Shown: in pieces, positions 1 to 13,351 of the stretch
How positions within the stretch are numbered: the stretch's first letter is position 1
How the letters are laid out: each line of letters opens with the position of its first letter
Source of the DNA: Octopus sinensis
Taxonomy: Eukaryota
NCBI RefSeq assembly: GCF_006345805.1
Contig: NC_043014.1
Span: forward strand, 10,974,001-11,038,000
Direction: 5' to 3'
Length of the DNA stretch: 64,000 nucleotides
Translations under genes and position numbers: made by a program
The notes under the pieces: generated by a model
Databases searched by the model: none
Told to the model about the DNA's origin: nothing
Seen by the model: only the letters and a program-made list of their open reading frames with translations

Positions 1-3000
1 GTAAAAGCCTTGCCAAAACTGACCTCGCCTGTGCTTGTACCACATTAAAAGCCCTAAGTCCACTTGGCTGAGCAGTTGGTGTTAGGAAGGGAATCCAGCT
101 GTAAAAGACTTGCCAAAACTGACCTCGCCTGTGCTTGTACCACATTAAAAGCCCTAAGTCCACTCAGCTGAGCAGTTGGTGTTAGGAAGGGCATCCAGCT
201 GTAAAAGCCTTGCCAAAACTGACCTCGCCTTTGCTTGTAACATTAAAACAGTAAGTCCACTTGGTTGAGCAGTTGGTGTTTGGAAGGGCATCCAGCTGTA
301 AAAGCCTTGCCAAAACTGACCTGCCTGTGCTTGTACCACATTAAAAGCAGTAAGTCCACTTGGTGAGCAGTTGGTGTTAGGAAGGGCATCCAGCTGTAAA
401 AGCCTTGCCAAAACTGACCTCGCCTGTGCTTGTACCACATTAAAAGCAGTAAGTCCACTTGGTTGAGCAGTTGGTGTTAGGAAGGGCATCCAGCTGTAAA
501 AGCCTTGCCAAAACTGACCTCGCCTGTGCTTGTACCACATTAAAAGCAGTAAGTCCACTTGGGAGCAGTTGGTGTTAGGAAGGGCATCCAGCTGTAAAAG
601 CCTTGCCAAAACTGACCTCGCCTGTGCTTGTACCACATTAAAAGCCCTAAGTCCACTCAGCTGAGCAGTTGGTGTTAGGAAGAGCATCCAGCTGTAAAAG
701 CCTTGCCAAAACTGACCTCGCCTGTGCTTGTACCACATTAAAAGCAGTAAGTCCACTCAGCTGAGCAGTTGGTGTTAGGAAGGGCATCCAGCTGTAAAAG
801 CCTTGCCAAAACTGACCTCGCCTGTGCTTGTACCACATTAAAAGCCCTAAGTCCACTTGGCTGAGCAGTTGGTGTTAGGAAGGGAATCCAGCTGTAAAAG
901 ACTTGCCAAAACTGACCTCGCCTGTGCTTGTACCACATTAAAAGCCCTAAGTCCACTCAGCTGAGCAGTTGGTGTTAGGAAGGGCATCCAGCTGTAAAAG
1001 CCTTGCCAAAACTGACCTCGCCTGTGCTTGTATTACATTAAAAGCAGTAAGTCCACTTGGTTGAGCAGTTGGTGTTAGGAAGGGCATCCAGCTGTAAAAG
1101 CCTTGCCAAAACTGACCTCGCCTGTGCTTGTACCACATTAAAAGCCCTAAGTCCACTCAGCTGAGCAGTTGGTGTTAGGAAGGGCATCCAGCTGTAAAAG
1201 CCTTGCCAAAACTGACCTCGCCTGTGCTTGTACCACATTAAAAGCCCTAAGTCCACTCAGCTGAGCAGTTGGTGTTAGGAAGAGCATCCAGCTGTAAAAG
1301 CCTTGCCAAAACTGACCTCGCCTGTGCTTGTACCACATTAAAAGCAGTAAGTCCACTCAGCTGAGCAGTTGGTGTTAGGAAGGGCATCCAGCTGTAAAAG
1401 CCTTGCCAAAACTGACATCGCCTGTGCTTGTACCACATTAAAAGCCTAAGTCCACTTGGCTGAGCAGTTGGTGTTAGGAAGGGAATCCAGCTGTAAAAGA
1501 CTTGCCAAAACTGACCTCGCCTGTGCTTGTACCACATTAAAAGCCCTAAGTCGACTCAGCTGAGCAGTTGGTGTTAGGAAGGGCATCCAGCTGTAAAAGC
1601 CTTGCCAAAACTGACCTCGCCTGTGCTTGTACCACATTAAAAGCAGTAAGTCCACTTGGTTGAGCAGTTGGTGTTAGGAAGGGCATCCAGCTGTAAAAGC
1701 CTTGCCAAAACTGACCTAGCCTGTGCTTGTACCACATTAAAAGCCCTAAATCCCCTTAGCAGAGCAGTTGGTGTTAGGAAGGGCATCCAGCTGTAAAAGC
1801 CTTGCCAAAACTGACCTCGCCTGTGCTTGTACCACATTAAAAGCAGTGAGTCCACTCAGCTGGGCAGTTGGTGTTAGGAAGGGCATCCAGCTGTAAAAGC
1901 CTTGCCAAAACTGACCTCGCCTTGCTTGTACCACATTAAAAGCAGTAAGTCCACTCAGCTGAGCAGTTGGTGTTAGGAAGGGCATCGAGTTGTAAAAGCC
2001 TTGACAAAACTGACCTCGCTGTGCTTGTACCACATTAAGCAGCAGTAAGTCCACTCAGCTGAGCAGTTGGTGTTAGGAAGGGCATCCAGCTGTAAAAGCC
2101 TTGCCAAAACTGACCTCGCCTGTGCTGTACCACATTAAAAGCAGTAAGTCCACTCAGCTGAGCAGTTGGTGTTAGGAAGGGCATCCGGCTGTAAAAGCCT
2201 TGCCAAAACTGACCTCGCCTGTGCTTGTACCACATTAAAAGCAGTAAGTCCACTCAGCTGAGCAGTTGGTGTTAGGAAGGGCATCCAGCTGTAAAAGCCT
2301 TGCCAAAACTGACCTCGCTGTGCTTGTACCACATTAAAAGCAGTAAGTCCACTCAGCTGAGCAGTTGGTGTTAGGAAGGGCATCCAGCTGTAAAAGCCTT
2401 GCCAAAACTGACCTCGCCTGTGCTTGTACCACATTAAAAGCAGTAGTAAGTCCACTCAGCTGAGCAGTTGGTGTTAGGAAGAGCATCCAGCTGTAAAAGC
2501 CTTGCCAAAACTGACCTCGCCTGTGCTTGTACCACATTAAAACAGTAAGTCCACTCAGCTGAGCAGCTGGTTGGTGTTAGGAAGGGCATCCAGCTGTAAA
2601 AGCCTTGCCGAAAACTGACCTCGCCTGTGCTTGTACCACATTAAAAGCAGTAAGTCCACTCAGCTGAGCAGTTGGTGTTAGGAAGAGCATCCAGCTGTAA
2701 AAGCCTTGCCAAAACTGACCTCGCCTGTGTTGTACCACATTAAAAGCAGTAAGTCCACTCAGCTGAGCAGTTGGTGTTAGGAAGGGCATCAGCTGCTGTA
2801 AAAGCGTTGCCAAAACTGACCTCGCCTGTGCTTGTACCACATTAAAAGCCTAAGTCCACTTGGCTGAGCAGTTGGTGTTAGGAAGGGAATCCAGCTGTAA
2901 AAGACTTGCCAAAACTGACTTCGCCTGTGCTTGTACCACATTAAAACCCCTAAGTCCACTCAGCTGAGCAGTTGGTGTTAGGAAGGCATCCAGCTGTAAA

Positions 3001-6000
3001 AGCCTTGCCAAAACTGACCTCGCCTGTGCTTGTACCACATTAAGCAGCAGTAAGTCCACTGGCTGAGCAGTTGGTGTTAGGAAGGGCATCCAGCTGTAAA
3101 AGCCTTGCCAAAACTGACCTCGCCTGTGCTTGTACCACATTAAAAGCAGTAAGTCCACTTGGCTGAGCAGTGGTGTTAGGAAGGGCATCCAGCTGTAAAA
3201 GCCTTGCAAAACTGACCTCGCCTGTGTGTTGTACCACATTAAAAGCCCTAAGTCCACTCAGCTGAGCAGTTGGTGTTAGGAAGAGCATCCAGCTGTAAAA
3301 GCCTTGCCAAAACTGACCTCGCCTGTGCTTGTACCACATTAAAAGCAGTAAGTCCACTCAGGAGCAGTTGGTGTTAGGAAGGGCATCCAGCTGTAAAAGC
3401 CTTGCCAAAACTGACCTCGCCTGTGCTTGTAACCACATTAAAAGCCCTAAGTCCACTTGGCTGAGCAGTTGGTGTTAGGAAGGGAATCCAGCTGTAAAAG
3501 ACTTGCCAAAACTGACCTCGCCTGTGCTTGTACCACATTAAAAGCCCTAAGTCCACTCAGCTGAGCAGTTGGTGTTAGGGGAAGGCATCCAGCTGTAAAA
3601 GCCTTGCCAAAACTGACCTCGCCTGTGCTTGTATTACATTAAAAGCAGTAAGTCCACTTGGTTGAGCAGTTGGTGTTAGGAAGGGCATCCAGCTGTAAAA
3701 GCCTTGCCAAAACTGACCTCGCCTGTGCTTGTACCACATTAAAAGCAGTAAGTCCACTTGGTTGAGCAGTTGGTGTTAGGAAGGGCATCCAGCTGTAAAA
3801 GCCTTGCCAAAACTGACCTCGCCTGTGCTTGTACTACATTAAAAGCAGTAAGTCCACTTGGTTGAGCAGTTGGTGTTAGGAAGGGCATCCAGCTGTAAAA
3901 GCCTTGCCAAAACTGACCTCGCCTGTGCTTGTACCACATTAAAAGCAGTAAGTCCACTTGGCTGAGCAGTTGGTGTTAGGAAGGGCATCCAGCTGTAAAA
4001 GCCTTGCCAAAACTGACCTCGCCTGTGCTTGTACCACATTAAAAGCAGTAAGTCCACTTGGTTGAGCAGTTGGTGTTAGGAAGGGCATCCAGCTGTAAAA
4101 GCCTTGCCAAAACTGACCTCGCCTGTGCTTGTACCACATTAAAAGCCCTAAGTCCACTCAGCTGAGCAGTTGGGGTTAGGAAGAGCATCCAGCTGTAAAA
4201 GCCTTGCAAAACTGACCTCGCCTGTGCTTGTACCACATTAAAAGCAGTAAGTCCACTCAGCTGAGCAGTTGGTGTTAGGAAGGGCATCCAGCTGTAAAAG
4301 CCTTGCCAAAACTGACCTCGCCTGTGGCTTGTACCACATTAAATGCCCTAAGTCCACTTGGCTGAGCAGTTGTTGTGTTAGGAGGGCATCCAGCTGTAAA
4401 AGCCTTGCCAAAACTGACCTCGCCTGTGCTTGTACCACATTAAAAGCCCTAAGTCGACTCAGCTGAGCAGTTGGTGTTAGGAAGGGCATCCAGCTGTAAA
4501 AGCCTTGCCAAAACTGACCTCGCCTGTGCTTGTACCACATTAAAAGCAGTAAGTCCACTGGTTGAGCAGTTGGTGTTAGGAAGGGCATCCAGCTGTAAAA
4601 GCCTTGCCAAAACTGACCTCGCCTGTGCTTGTACCACATTAAAAGCAGTGAGTCCACTCAGCTGGGCAGTTGGTGTTAGGAAGGCATCCAGCTGTAAAAG
4701 CCTTGCCAAAACTGACCTCGCCTGTGCTTGTACACATTAAAAGCAGTAAGTCCACTCAGTGAGCAGTTGGTGTTAGGAAGGGCATCGAGTTGTAAAAGCC
4801 TTGACAAAACTGACCTCGCCTGTGCTTGTACCACATTAAAAGCAGTAAGTCCACTCAGCTGAGCAGTTGGTTAGGAAGGGCATCCAGCTGTAAAAGCCTT
4901 GCCAAAACTGACCTCGCCTGTGCTGTACCACATTAAAAGCAGTAAGTCCACTCAGCTGAGCAGTTGGTGTTAGGAAGGGCATCCGGCTGTAAAAGCCTTG
5001 CCAAAACTGACCTCGCCTGTGCTTGTACCACATAAAAGCAGTAAGTCCACTCAGCTGAGCAGTTGGTGTTAGGAAGGGCATCCAGCTGTAAAAGCCTTGC
5101 CAAAACTGACCTCGCCTGTGCTTGTACCACATTAAAAGCAGTAAGTCCACTCAGCTGAGCAGTTGGTGTTAGGAAGGGCATCCAGCTGTACAAGCCTTGC
5201 CAAAACTGACCTCGCTTGTGCTTGTACCACATTAAAAGCAGTAAGTCCACTCAGCTGAGCAGTTGGTGTTAGGAAGAGCATCCAGCTGTAAAAGCCTTGC
5301 CAAAACTGACCCGCCGCCTGTGCTTGTACCACATTAAAAGCAGTAAGTCCACTCAGCTGAGCAGCTGGTGTTAGGATGGGCATCCAGCTGTAAAAGCCTT
5401 GCCAAAACTGACCTCGCCTGTGCTTGTACCACATTAAAAGCAGCAAGTCCACTCAGCTGAGCAGTTGGTGTTAGGAAGGGCATCCAGCTGTAAAAGCGTT
5501 GCCAAAACTGACCTCGCCTGTGCTTGTACCACATTAAAAGCCCTAAGTCCACTTGGCTGAGCAGTTGGTGTTAGGAAGGGAATCCAGCTGTAAAAGACTT
5601 GCCAAAACTGACCTCGCCTGTGCTTGTACTACATTAAAAGCAGTAAGTCCACTTGGTTGAGCAGTTGGTGTTAGGAAGGGCATCCAGCTGTAAAAGCCTT
5701 GCCAAAACTGACCTCGCCTGTGCTTGTATTACATTAAAAGCAGTAAGTCCACTTGGTTGAGCAGTTGGTGTTAGGAAGGGCATCCAGCTGTAAAAGCCTT
5801 GCCAAAACTGACTCGCCTGTGCTTGTACCACATTAAAAGCAGTAAGTCCACTTGGTTGAGCAGTTGGTGTTAGGAAGGGCATCCAGCTGTAAAAGCCTTG
5901 CCAAAACTGACCTCGCCTGTGCTTGTATACAATTAAAAGCAGTAAGTCCACTGGTTGAGCAGTTGGTGTTAGGAAGGGCATCCAGCTGTAAAAGCCTTGC

Positions 6001-9000
6001 CAAAACTGACCTCGCCTGTGCTTGTACCACATTAAAAGCAGTAAGTCCACTTGCTGAGCAGTTGGTGTTAGGAAGGGCATCCAGCTGTAAAAGCTTGCCA
6101 AAACTGACCTCGCCTGTGCTTGTACCACATTAAAAGCAGTAAGTCCACTTGGTTGAGCAGTTGTGTGTTAGGAAGGGCATCCAGCTGTAAAAGCCTTGCC
6201 AAAACTGACCTCGCCTGTGCTTGTACCACATTAAAAGCCCTAAGTCCACTCAGCTGAGCAGTTGGTGTTAGGAAGAGCATCCAGCTGTAAAAGCCTTGCC
6301 AAATGACCATCGCCTGTGCTTGTACCACATTAAAAGCAGTAAGTCACTCTCGCTGAGCAGTTGGTGTTAGGAAGGGCATCCAGCTGTAAAAAGCCTTTGC
6401 CCAAAACTGACCCTCGCAGTCTGTGCTTGGTACCACATTAAACTGCCCTAAGTCCACTTGGTCTGTCAGCAGGTTGGTGTTAGGAAGGGCATCCAGCTGT
6501 AAAAGCCTTGCCAAAACTGACCTCGCCTGTGCTTGTACCACATTAAAAGCCCTAGTAGACCCTCAGCTGAGCAGCTTGGTGTTAGGAAGGGCTACACCCA
6601 GCTGTAAAAGCCTTGCCAAAACTGACCTCGCCTGTGCTTGTACCACATTAAAAGCAGTAAGTCCACTTGGTTGAGCAGTTGGTGTTAGGAAGGGCATCCA
6701 GCTGTAAAAGCCTTGCCAAAACTGACCTCGCCTGTGCTTGTACCACATTAAAAGCAGTGAGTCCACTCAGCTGGGCAGTTGGTGTTAGGAAGGGCATCCA
6801 GCTGTAAAAGCCTTGCCAAAACTGACCTCGCCTGTGCTTGTACCACATTAAAAGCAGTAAGTCCACTCAGCTGAGCAGTTGGTGTTAGGAAGGGCATCGA
6901 GTTGTAAAAGCCTTAACAAAACTGACCTCGCCTGTGCTTGTACCACATTAAAAGCAGTAAGTCCACTCAGCTGAGCAGTTGGTGTTAGGAAGGGCATCCA
7001 GCTGTAAAAGCCTTGCCAAAACTGACCTCGCCTGTGCATGTACCACATTAAAAGCAGTAAGTAGTCCACTCAGCTGAGCAGTTGGTGTTAGGAAGGGCAT
7101 CCAGCTGTAAAAGCCTTGCCAAAACTGACCTCGCCTGTGCTTGTACCACATTAAAAGCAGTAAGTCCACTCAGCTGAGCAGTTGGTGTTAGGAAGGGCAT
7201 CCAGCTGTAAAAGCCTTGCCAAAACTGACCTCGCCTGTGCTTGTACCACATTAAAAGCAGTAAGTCCACTCAGCTGAGCAGTTGGTGTTAGGAAGGGCAT
7301 CCAGCTGTAAAAGCCTTGCCAAAACTGACCTCGCTTGTGCTTGTACCACATTAAAAGCAGTAAGTCCACTCAGCTGAGCAGTTGGTGTTAGGAAGAGCAT
7401 CCAGCTGTAAAGCCTTGCCAAAACTGACCTCGCCTGTGCTTGTACCACATTAAAAGCACAGTAAGTCCAACTCAAGCTGAGAAGCTGGTGTTAGGATGGG
7501 CATCCAGCGTAACTAAGCTGCCAAAATTGCACCATCCCTGTCGCCTCCTGTACTTTTAACCTCCTAAAAGCAAAGCAAGTCCACTCAGCTGAGCAGTTGG
7601 TGTTAGGAGGGCATCGAGTTGTAAAAGCCTGCAAAAATACTGCCACTCGCCTGTGCTTGTACCACATTAAAAGCAGTAATGTCCACTCAGCTGAGCAGTT
7701 GGTGTTAGGAGGGCATCCAGCTGTAAAAGCCTTGCCAAAACTGACCGTCGCCTGTGCTTGTACCACATTAAAAGCAGTAAGTCCACTTGGTGAGCAGTTG
7801 GTGTTAGGAAGGGCATCCAGCTGTAAAAGCCTTGCCAAAACTGACCTCGCCTGTGCTTGTACCACATTAAAAGCCCTAAGTCCACTCAGCTGAGCAGTTG
7901 GTGTTAGAAGAGCATCCAGCTGTAAAAGCCTTGCCAAAACTGACTCGCCTGTGCTTGTACCACATTAAAAGCAGTAAGTCCACTCAGCTGAGCAGTTGGT
8001 GTTAGGAAGGGCATCCAGCTGTAAAAGCCTTGCCAAAACTGACCTCGCTGTGCTTGTACCACATTAAATGCCCTAAGTCCACTTGGCTGAGCAGTTGGTG
8101 TTAGGAAGGGCATCCAGCTGTAAAAGCCTTGCCAAAACTGACCTCGCCTGTGCTTGTACCACATTAAAAGCCCTAAGTCGACTCAGCTGAGCAGTTGGTG
8201 TAGGAAGGGCATCCAGCTGTAAAAGCCTTGCAAAACTGACCTCGCCTGTGCTTGTACCACATTAAAAGCAGTAAGTCCACTTGGTTGAGCAGTTGGTGTT
8301 AGGAAGGGCATCCAGCTGTAAAAGCCTTGCCAAAACTGACCTCGCCTGTGCTTGTACCACATTAAAAGCAGTGAGTCCACTCAGCTGGGCAGTTGGTGTT
8401 AGGAAGGGCATCCAGCTGTAAAAGCCTTGCCAAACTGACCTCGCCTGTGCTTGTACCACATTAAAAGCAGTAAGTCCACTCAGCTGAGCAGTTGGTGTTA
8501 GGAAGGGCATCGAGTTGTAAAAGCCTTGACAAAACTGACCTCGCCTGTGCTGTGTTACCACATTAAAAGCCCAGTAAGTCCACTCAGCTGAGCAGTTGGT
8601 GTTAGGAAGGGCATCCAGCTGTAAAAGCCTTGCCAAAAAACCTGACCTCGCCTGTGCATGTACCACATTAAAGCAGTAAGTCCACTCAGCTGAGCAGTTG
8701 GTGTTAGGAAGGGCATCGGCTGTAAAAGCCTTGCCAAAACTGACCTCGCCTGTGCTTGTACCACATTAAAAGCAGTAAGTCCACTCAGCTGAGCAGTTGG
8801 TGTTAGGAAGGGCATCCAGCTGTAAAAGCCTGCCAAAACTGACCTCGCCTGTGCTTGTACCACATTAAAAGCAGTAAGTCCACTCAGCTGAGCAGTTGGT
8901 GTTAGGAAGGGCATCCAGCTGTACAGCCTTGCCAAAACTGACCTCGCTTGTGCTTGTACCACATTAAAAGCAGTAAGTCCACTCAGCTGAGCAGTTGGTG

Positions 9001-12000
9001 TTAGGAAGAGCATCCAGCTGTAAAAGCCTTGCAAAACTGACCTCGCCTGTGCTTGTACCACATTAAAAGCAGTAAGTCCACTCAGCTGAGCAGCTGGTGT
9101 TAGGATGGGCATCCAGCTGTAAAAGCCTTGCCAAAACTGACCTCGCCTGTGCTTGTACCACATTAAAAGCAGCAAGTCCACTCAGCTGAGCAGTTGGTGT
9201 TAGGAAGGGCATCCAGCTGTAAAAGCGTTGCCAAAACTGACCTCGCCTGTGCTTGTACCACATTAAAAGCCCTAAGTCCACTTGGCTGAGCAGTTGGTGT
9301 TAGGAAGGGAATCCAGCTGTAAAAGACTTGCCAAAACTGACCTTGCCTGTGCTTGTACTACATTAAAAGCAGTAAGTCCACTTGGTTGAGCAGTTGGTGT
9401 TAGGAAGGGCATCCAGCTGTAAAAGCCTTGCCAAAACTGACCTCGCCTGTGCTTGTATTACATTAAAAGCAGTAAGTCCACTTGGTTGAGCAGTTGGTGT
9501 TAGGAAGGGCATCCAGCTGTAAAAGCCTTGCCAAAAACTGACCTCGCCTGTGCTTGTACCACATTAAAAGCAGTAAGTCCACTTGGTTGAGCAGTTGGTG
9601 TTAGGAAGGGCATCCAGCTGTAAAAGCCTTGCCAAAACTGACCTCGCTGTGCTTGTACTACATTAAAAGCAGTAAGTCCACTTGGTTGAGCAGTTGGTGT
9701 TAGGAAGGGCATCCAGCTGTAAAAGCCTTGCCAAAACTGACCTCGCCTGTGCTTGTACCACATTAAAAGCAGTAGTAAGTCCACTTGGCTGAGCAGTTGG
9801 TGTTAGGAAGGGCATCCAGCTGTAAAAGCCTTGCCAAAACTGACCTCGCCTGTGCTTGTACCACATTAAAAGCAGTAAGTCCACTTGGCTGAGCAGTTGG
9901 TGTTAGGAAGGGCATCCAGCTGTAAAAGCCTTGCCAAAACTGACCTCGCCTGTGCTTGTACCACATTAAAAGCCCTAAGTCCACTCAGCTGAGCAGTTGG
10001 TGTTAGGAAGAGCATCCAGCTGTAAAAGCCTTGCCAAAACTGACCTCGCCTGTGCTTGTACCACATTAAAAGCAGTAAGTCCACTCAGCTGAGCAGTTGG
10101 TGTTAGGAAGGGCATCCAGCTGTAAAAGCCTTGCCAAAACTGACCTCGCCTGTGCTTGTACCACATTAAATGCCCTAAGTCCACTTGGCTGAGCAGTTGG
10201 TGTTAGGAAGGGCATCCAGCTGTAAAAGCCTTGCCAAAACTGACCTCGCCTGTGCTTGTACCACATTAAAAGCCCTAAGTCGACTCAGCTGAGCAGTTGG
10301 TGTTAGGAAGGGCATCCAGCTGTAAAAGCCTTGCCAAAACTGACCTCGCCTGTGCTTGTACCACATTAAAAGCAGTAAGTCCACTTGGTTGAGCAGTTGG
10401 TGTTAGGAAGGGCATCCAGCTGTAAAAGCCTTGCCAAAACTGACCTCGCCTGTGCTTGTACCACATTAAAAGCAGTGAGTCCACTCAGCTGGGCAGTTGG
10501 TGTTAGGAAGGGCATCCAGCTGTAAAAGCCTTGCCAAAACTGACCTCGCCTGTGCTTGTACCACATTAAAAGCAGTAAGTCCACTCAGCTGAGCAGTTGG
10601 TGTTAGGAAGGGCATCGAGTTGTAAAAGCCTTGACAAAACTGACCTCGCCTGTGCTTGTACCACATTAAAAGCAGTAAGTCCACTCAGCTGAGCAGTTGG
10701 TGTTAGGAAGGGCATCCAGCTGTAAAAGCCTTGCCAAAACTGACCTCGCCTGTGCATGTACCACATTAAAAGCAGTAAGTCCACTCAGCTGAGCAGTTGG
10801 TGTTAGGAAGGGCATCCGGCTGTAAAAGCCTTGCCAAAACTGACCTCGCCTGTGCTTGTACCACATTAAAAGCAGTAAGTCCACTCAGCTGAGCAGTTGG
10901 TGTTAGGAAGGGCATCCAGCTGTAAAAGCCTTGCCAAAACTGACCTCGCCTGTGCTTGTACCACATTAAAAGCAGTAAGTCCACTCAGCTGAGCAGTTGG
11001 TGTTAGGAAGGGCATCCAGCTGTACAAGCCTTGCCAAAACTGACCTCGCTTGTGCTTGTACCACATTAAAAGCAGTAAGTCCACTCAGCTGAGCAGTTGG
11101 TGTTAGGAAGAGCATCCAGCTGTAAAAGCCTTGCCAAAACTGACCTCGCCTGTGCTTGTACCACATTAAAAGCAGTAAGTCCACTCAGCTGAGCAGCTGG
11201 TGTTAGGATGGGCATCCAGCTGTAAAAGCCTTGCCAAAACTGACCTCGCCTGTGCTTGTACCACATTAAAAGCAGCAAGTCCACTCAGCTGAGCAGTTGG
11301 TGTTAGGAAGGGCATCCAGCTGTAAAAGCGTTGCCAAAACTGACCTCGCCTGTGCTGTACCACATTAAAAGCCCTAAGTCCACTTGCTGAGCAGTTGGTG
11401 TTAGGAAGGGAATCCAGCTGTAAAAGACTTGCCAAAACTGACCTCGCCTGTGCTTGTACTACATTAAAAGCAGTAAGTCCACTTGGTTGAGCAGTTGCAG
11501 TTGGTGTTAGGAAGGGCATCCAGCTGTAAAAGCCTTGCCAAAACTGACCTCGCCTGTGCTTGTACCACATTAAAAGCAGTAAGTCCACTTGGCTGAGCAG
11601 TTGGTGTTAGGAAGGGCATCCAGCTGTAAAAGCCTTGCCAAAACTGACCTCGCCTGTGCTTGTACCACATTAAAAGCAGTAAGTCCACTTGGTTGAGCAG
11701 TTGGTGTTAGGAAGGGCATCCAGCTGTAAAAGCCTTGCCAAAACTGACCTCGCCTGTGCTTGTACCACATTAAAAGCAGTAAGTCCACTTGGCTGAGCAG
11801 TTGGTGTTAGGAAGGGCATCCAGCTGTAAAAGCCTTGCCAAAACTGACCTCGCCTGTGCTTGTACCACATTAAAGCCCTAAGTCCACTCAGCTGAGCAGT
11901 GTTGGTGTTAGGAAGAGCATCCAGCTGTAAAAGCCTTGCCAAAATTGACCTCGCCTGTGCTTGTACCACATTAAAAGCAGTAAGTCCACTCAGCTGAGCA

Positions 12001-12740
12001 GTTGGTGTTAGGAAGGGCATCCAGCTGTAAAAGCCTTGCCAAAACTGACCTCGCCTGTGCTTGTACCACATTAAAAGCCCTAAGTCCACTTGGCTGAGCA
12101 GTTGGTGTTAGGAAGGGCATCCAGCTGTAAAAGCCTTGCCAAAACTGACCTCGCCTGTGCTTGTACCACATTAAAAGCAGTAAGTCCACTTGGTGGAGGT
12201 TGAGTTGTGTTGTGTAGGAAGGGCATCCAGCTGAAAAGCCTTGCCAAAACTGACCTTGCCTGTTTTGCTTGTACCACATTAAAAGCCCTAAGTCCACTTG
12301 GCAGAGCAGTTGGTGTTAGGAAGGGCATCCAGCTGTAAAAGCCTTGCCAAAACTGACCTCGCCTGTGCTTGTACCACATTAAAAGCAGTAAGTCCACTCA
12401 GCTGAGCAGTTGGTGTTAGGAAGGGCATCCAGCTGTAAAAGCCTTGCCAAAACCGACCTTGCCTGTGCTTGTACCACATTAAAAGCAGTAAGTCCACTCA
12501 GCTGAGCAGTTGGTGTTAGGAAGGGCATCCAGCTGTAAAAGCCTTGCCAAAACTGACCTCGCCTGTGCATGTACCACATTAAAAGCCCTAAGTCCACTTG
12601 GCAGAGCAGTTGGTGTTAGGAAGGGCATCCAGCTGTAAAAGCCTTGCCAAAACTGACCTCGCCTGTGCTTGTACCACATTAAAAGCCCTAAGTCCACTTG
12701 GCAGAGCAGTTGGTGTTAGGAAGGGCATCCAGCTGTAAAA
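1..12740. repeat. Tandem array of a 100-bp unit, about 127 monomers, left end beyond the window
   Basis: Unit ctgtgcttgtaccacattaaaagcagtaagtccactcagctgagcagttggtgttaggaagggcatccagctgtaaaagccttgccaaaactgacctcgc repeated head to tail; exact 100-bp spacing at 9866-11366. Confidence 0.99.
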
Positions 12741-12841
12741 ATTCCTGCCGAAACAGTTGCAGAAGTCTGGTGCAGGTTTCTGCCTAGCCAAACCATCCCT
12801 CCCATGTCAGCATGGAAGGCAAATGTTAAACGATGATGATT
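12741..12841 (+). mobile_element. 3' end of a SINE (family B) continuing directly from the last satellite monomer
   Basis: tctggtgcagg...ccatccctcccatgtcagcatggaaggcaaatgttaaacgatgatgat matches the 3' end and (GAT)n tail of dispersed family-B copies. Confidence 0.85.
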
Positions 12842-13036
12842 AATCCCTGCTGTTCAGAAGTGAGTATGATTATGGCTGGAATACTTGACCAAAAGGGCTC
12901 CTGACCAAGAGCTGCTTCTATGCAAGGCTTCAATACTTCTCCACAATGGTAATACAAATATTTAAGTTAATTTACCACAGTCATTACTGATTTAATGACT
13001 CCCACAATAAAGCAGTACTGTTACTTACTGAAGTCA

Positions 13037-13073
<37 letters not shown>

Positions 13074-13162
13074 ATAACGGTTAAAATTAATTAATTAATA
13101 ATTAATAATTTTACCAAGTAGTTCGATATGTTAAAAGAACCATTATTGGTAAACTTATACAA

Positions 13163-13351
13163 AAATTCTATAATTGTGAGTATAATTATAATTAGAGTTC
13201 AGCAAAAATTTGCTTCACCACAAAACTTGCTGTCTGGGAGATTTTCTTATGGCAATGAAATAGTTAGTTTTAACTGCTATTTCTAAATTTCGGTATGTGG
13301 TGAAGCAAATTTTTTCTGAACCCTAATTATAATTATACTCGAAATTATAGA

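Noticed and set aside
1-12740. CRISPR array
   Set aside because: There are no unique spacers, the whole 100-bp unit repeats, no cas genes are present and the context is eukaryotic.
1-12740. Satellite-encoded hammerhead ribozyme (as in newt or schistosome satellites)
   Set aside because: I found no CTGANGA...GAAA core on either strand of the monomer.
1-12791. Dozens of 60-200 aa ORFs (MDLLLLMWYKHRRGQFWQGF...) as a repetitive protein gene
   Set aside because: They are translations of a 100-bp unit that is not a multiple of 3. Frames cycle and end at recurring stops, there are no splice signals, and most starts are non-ATG.
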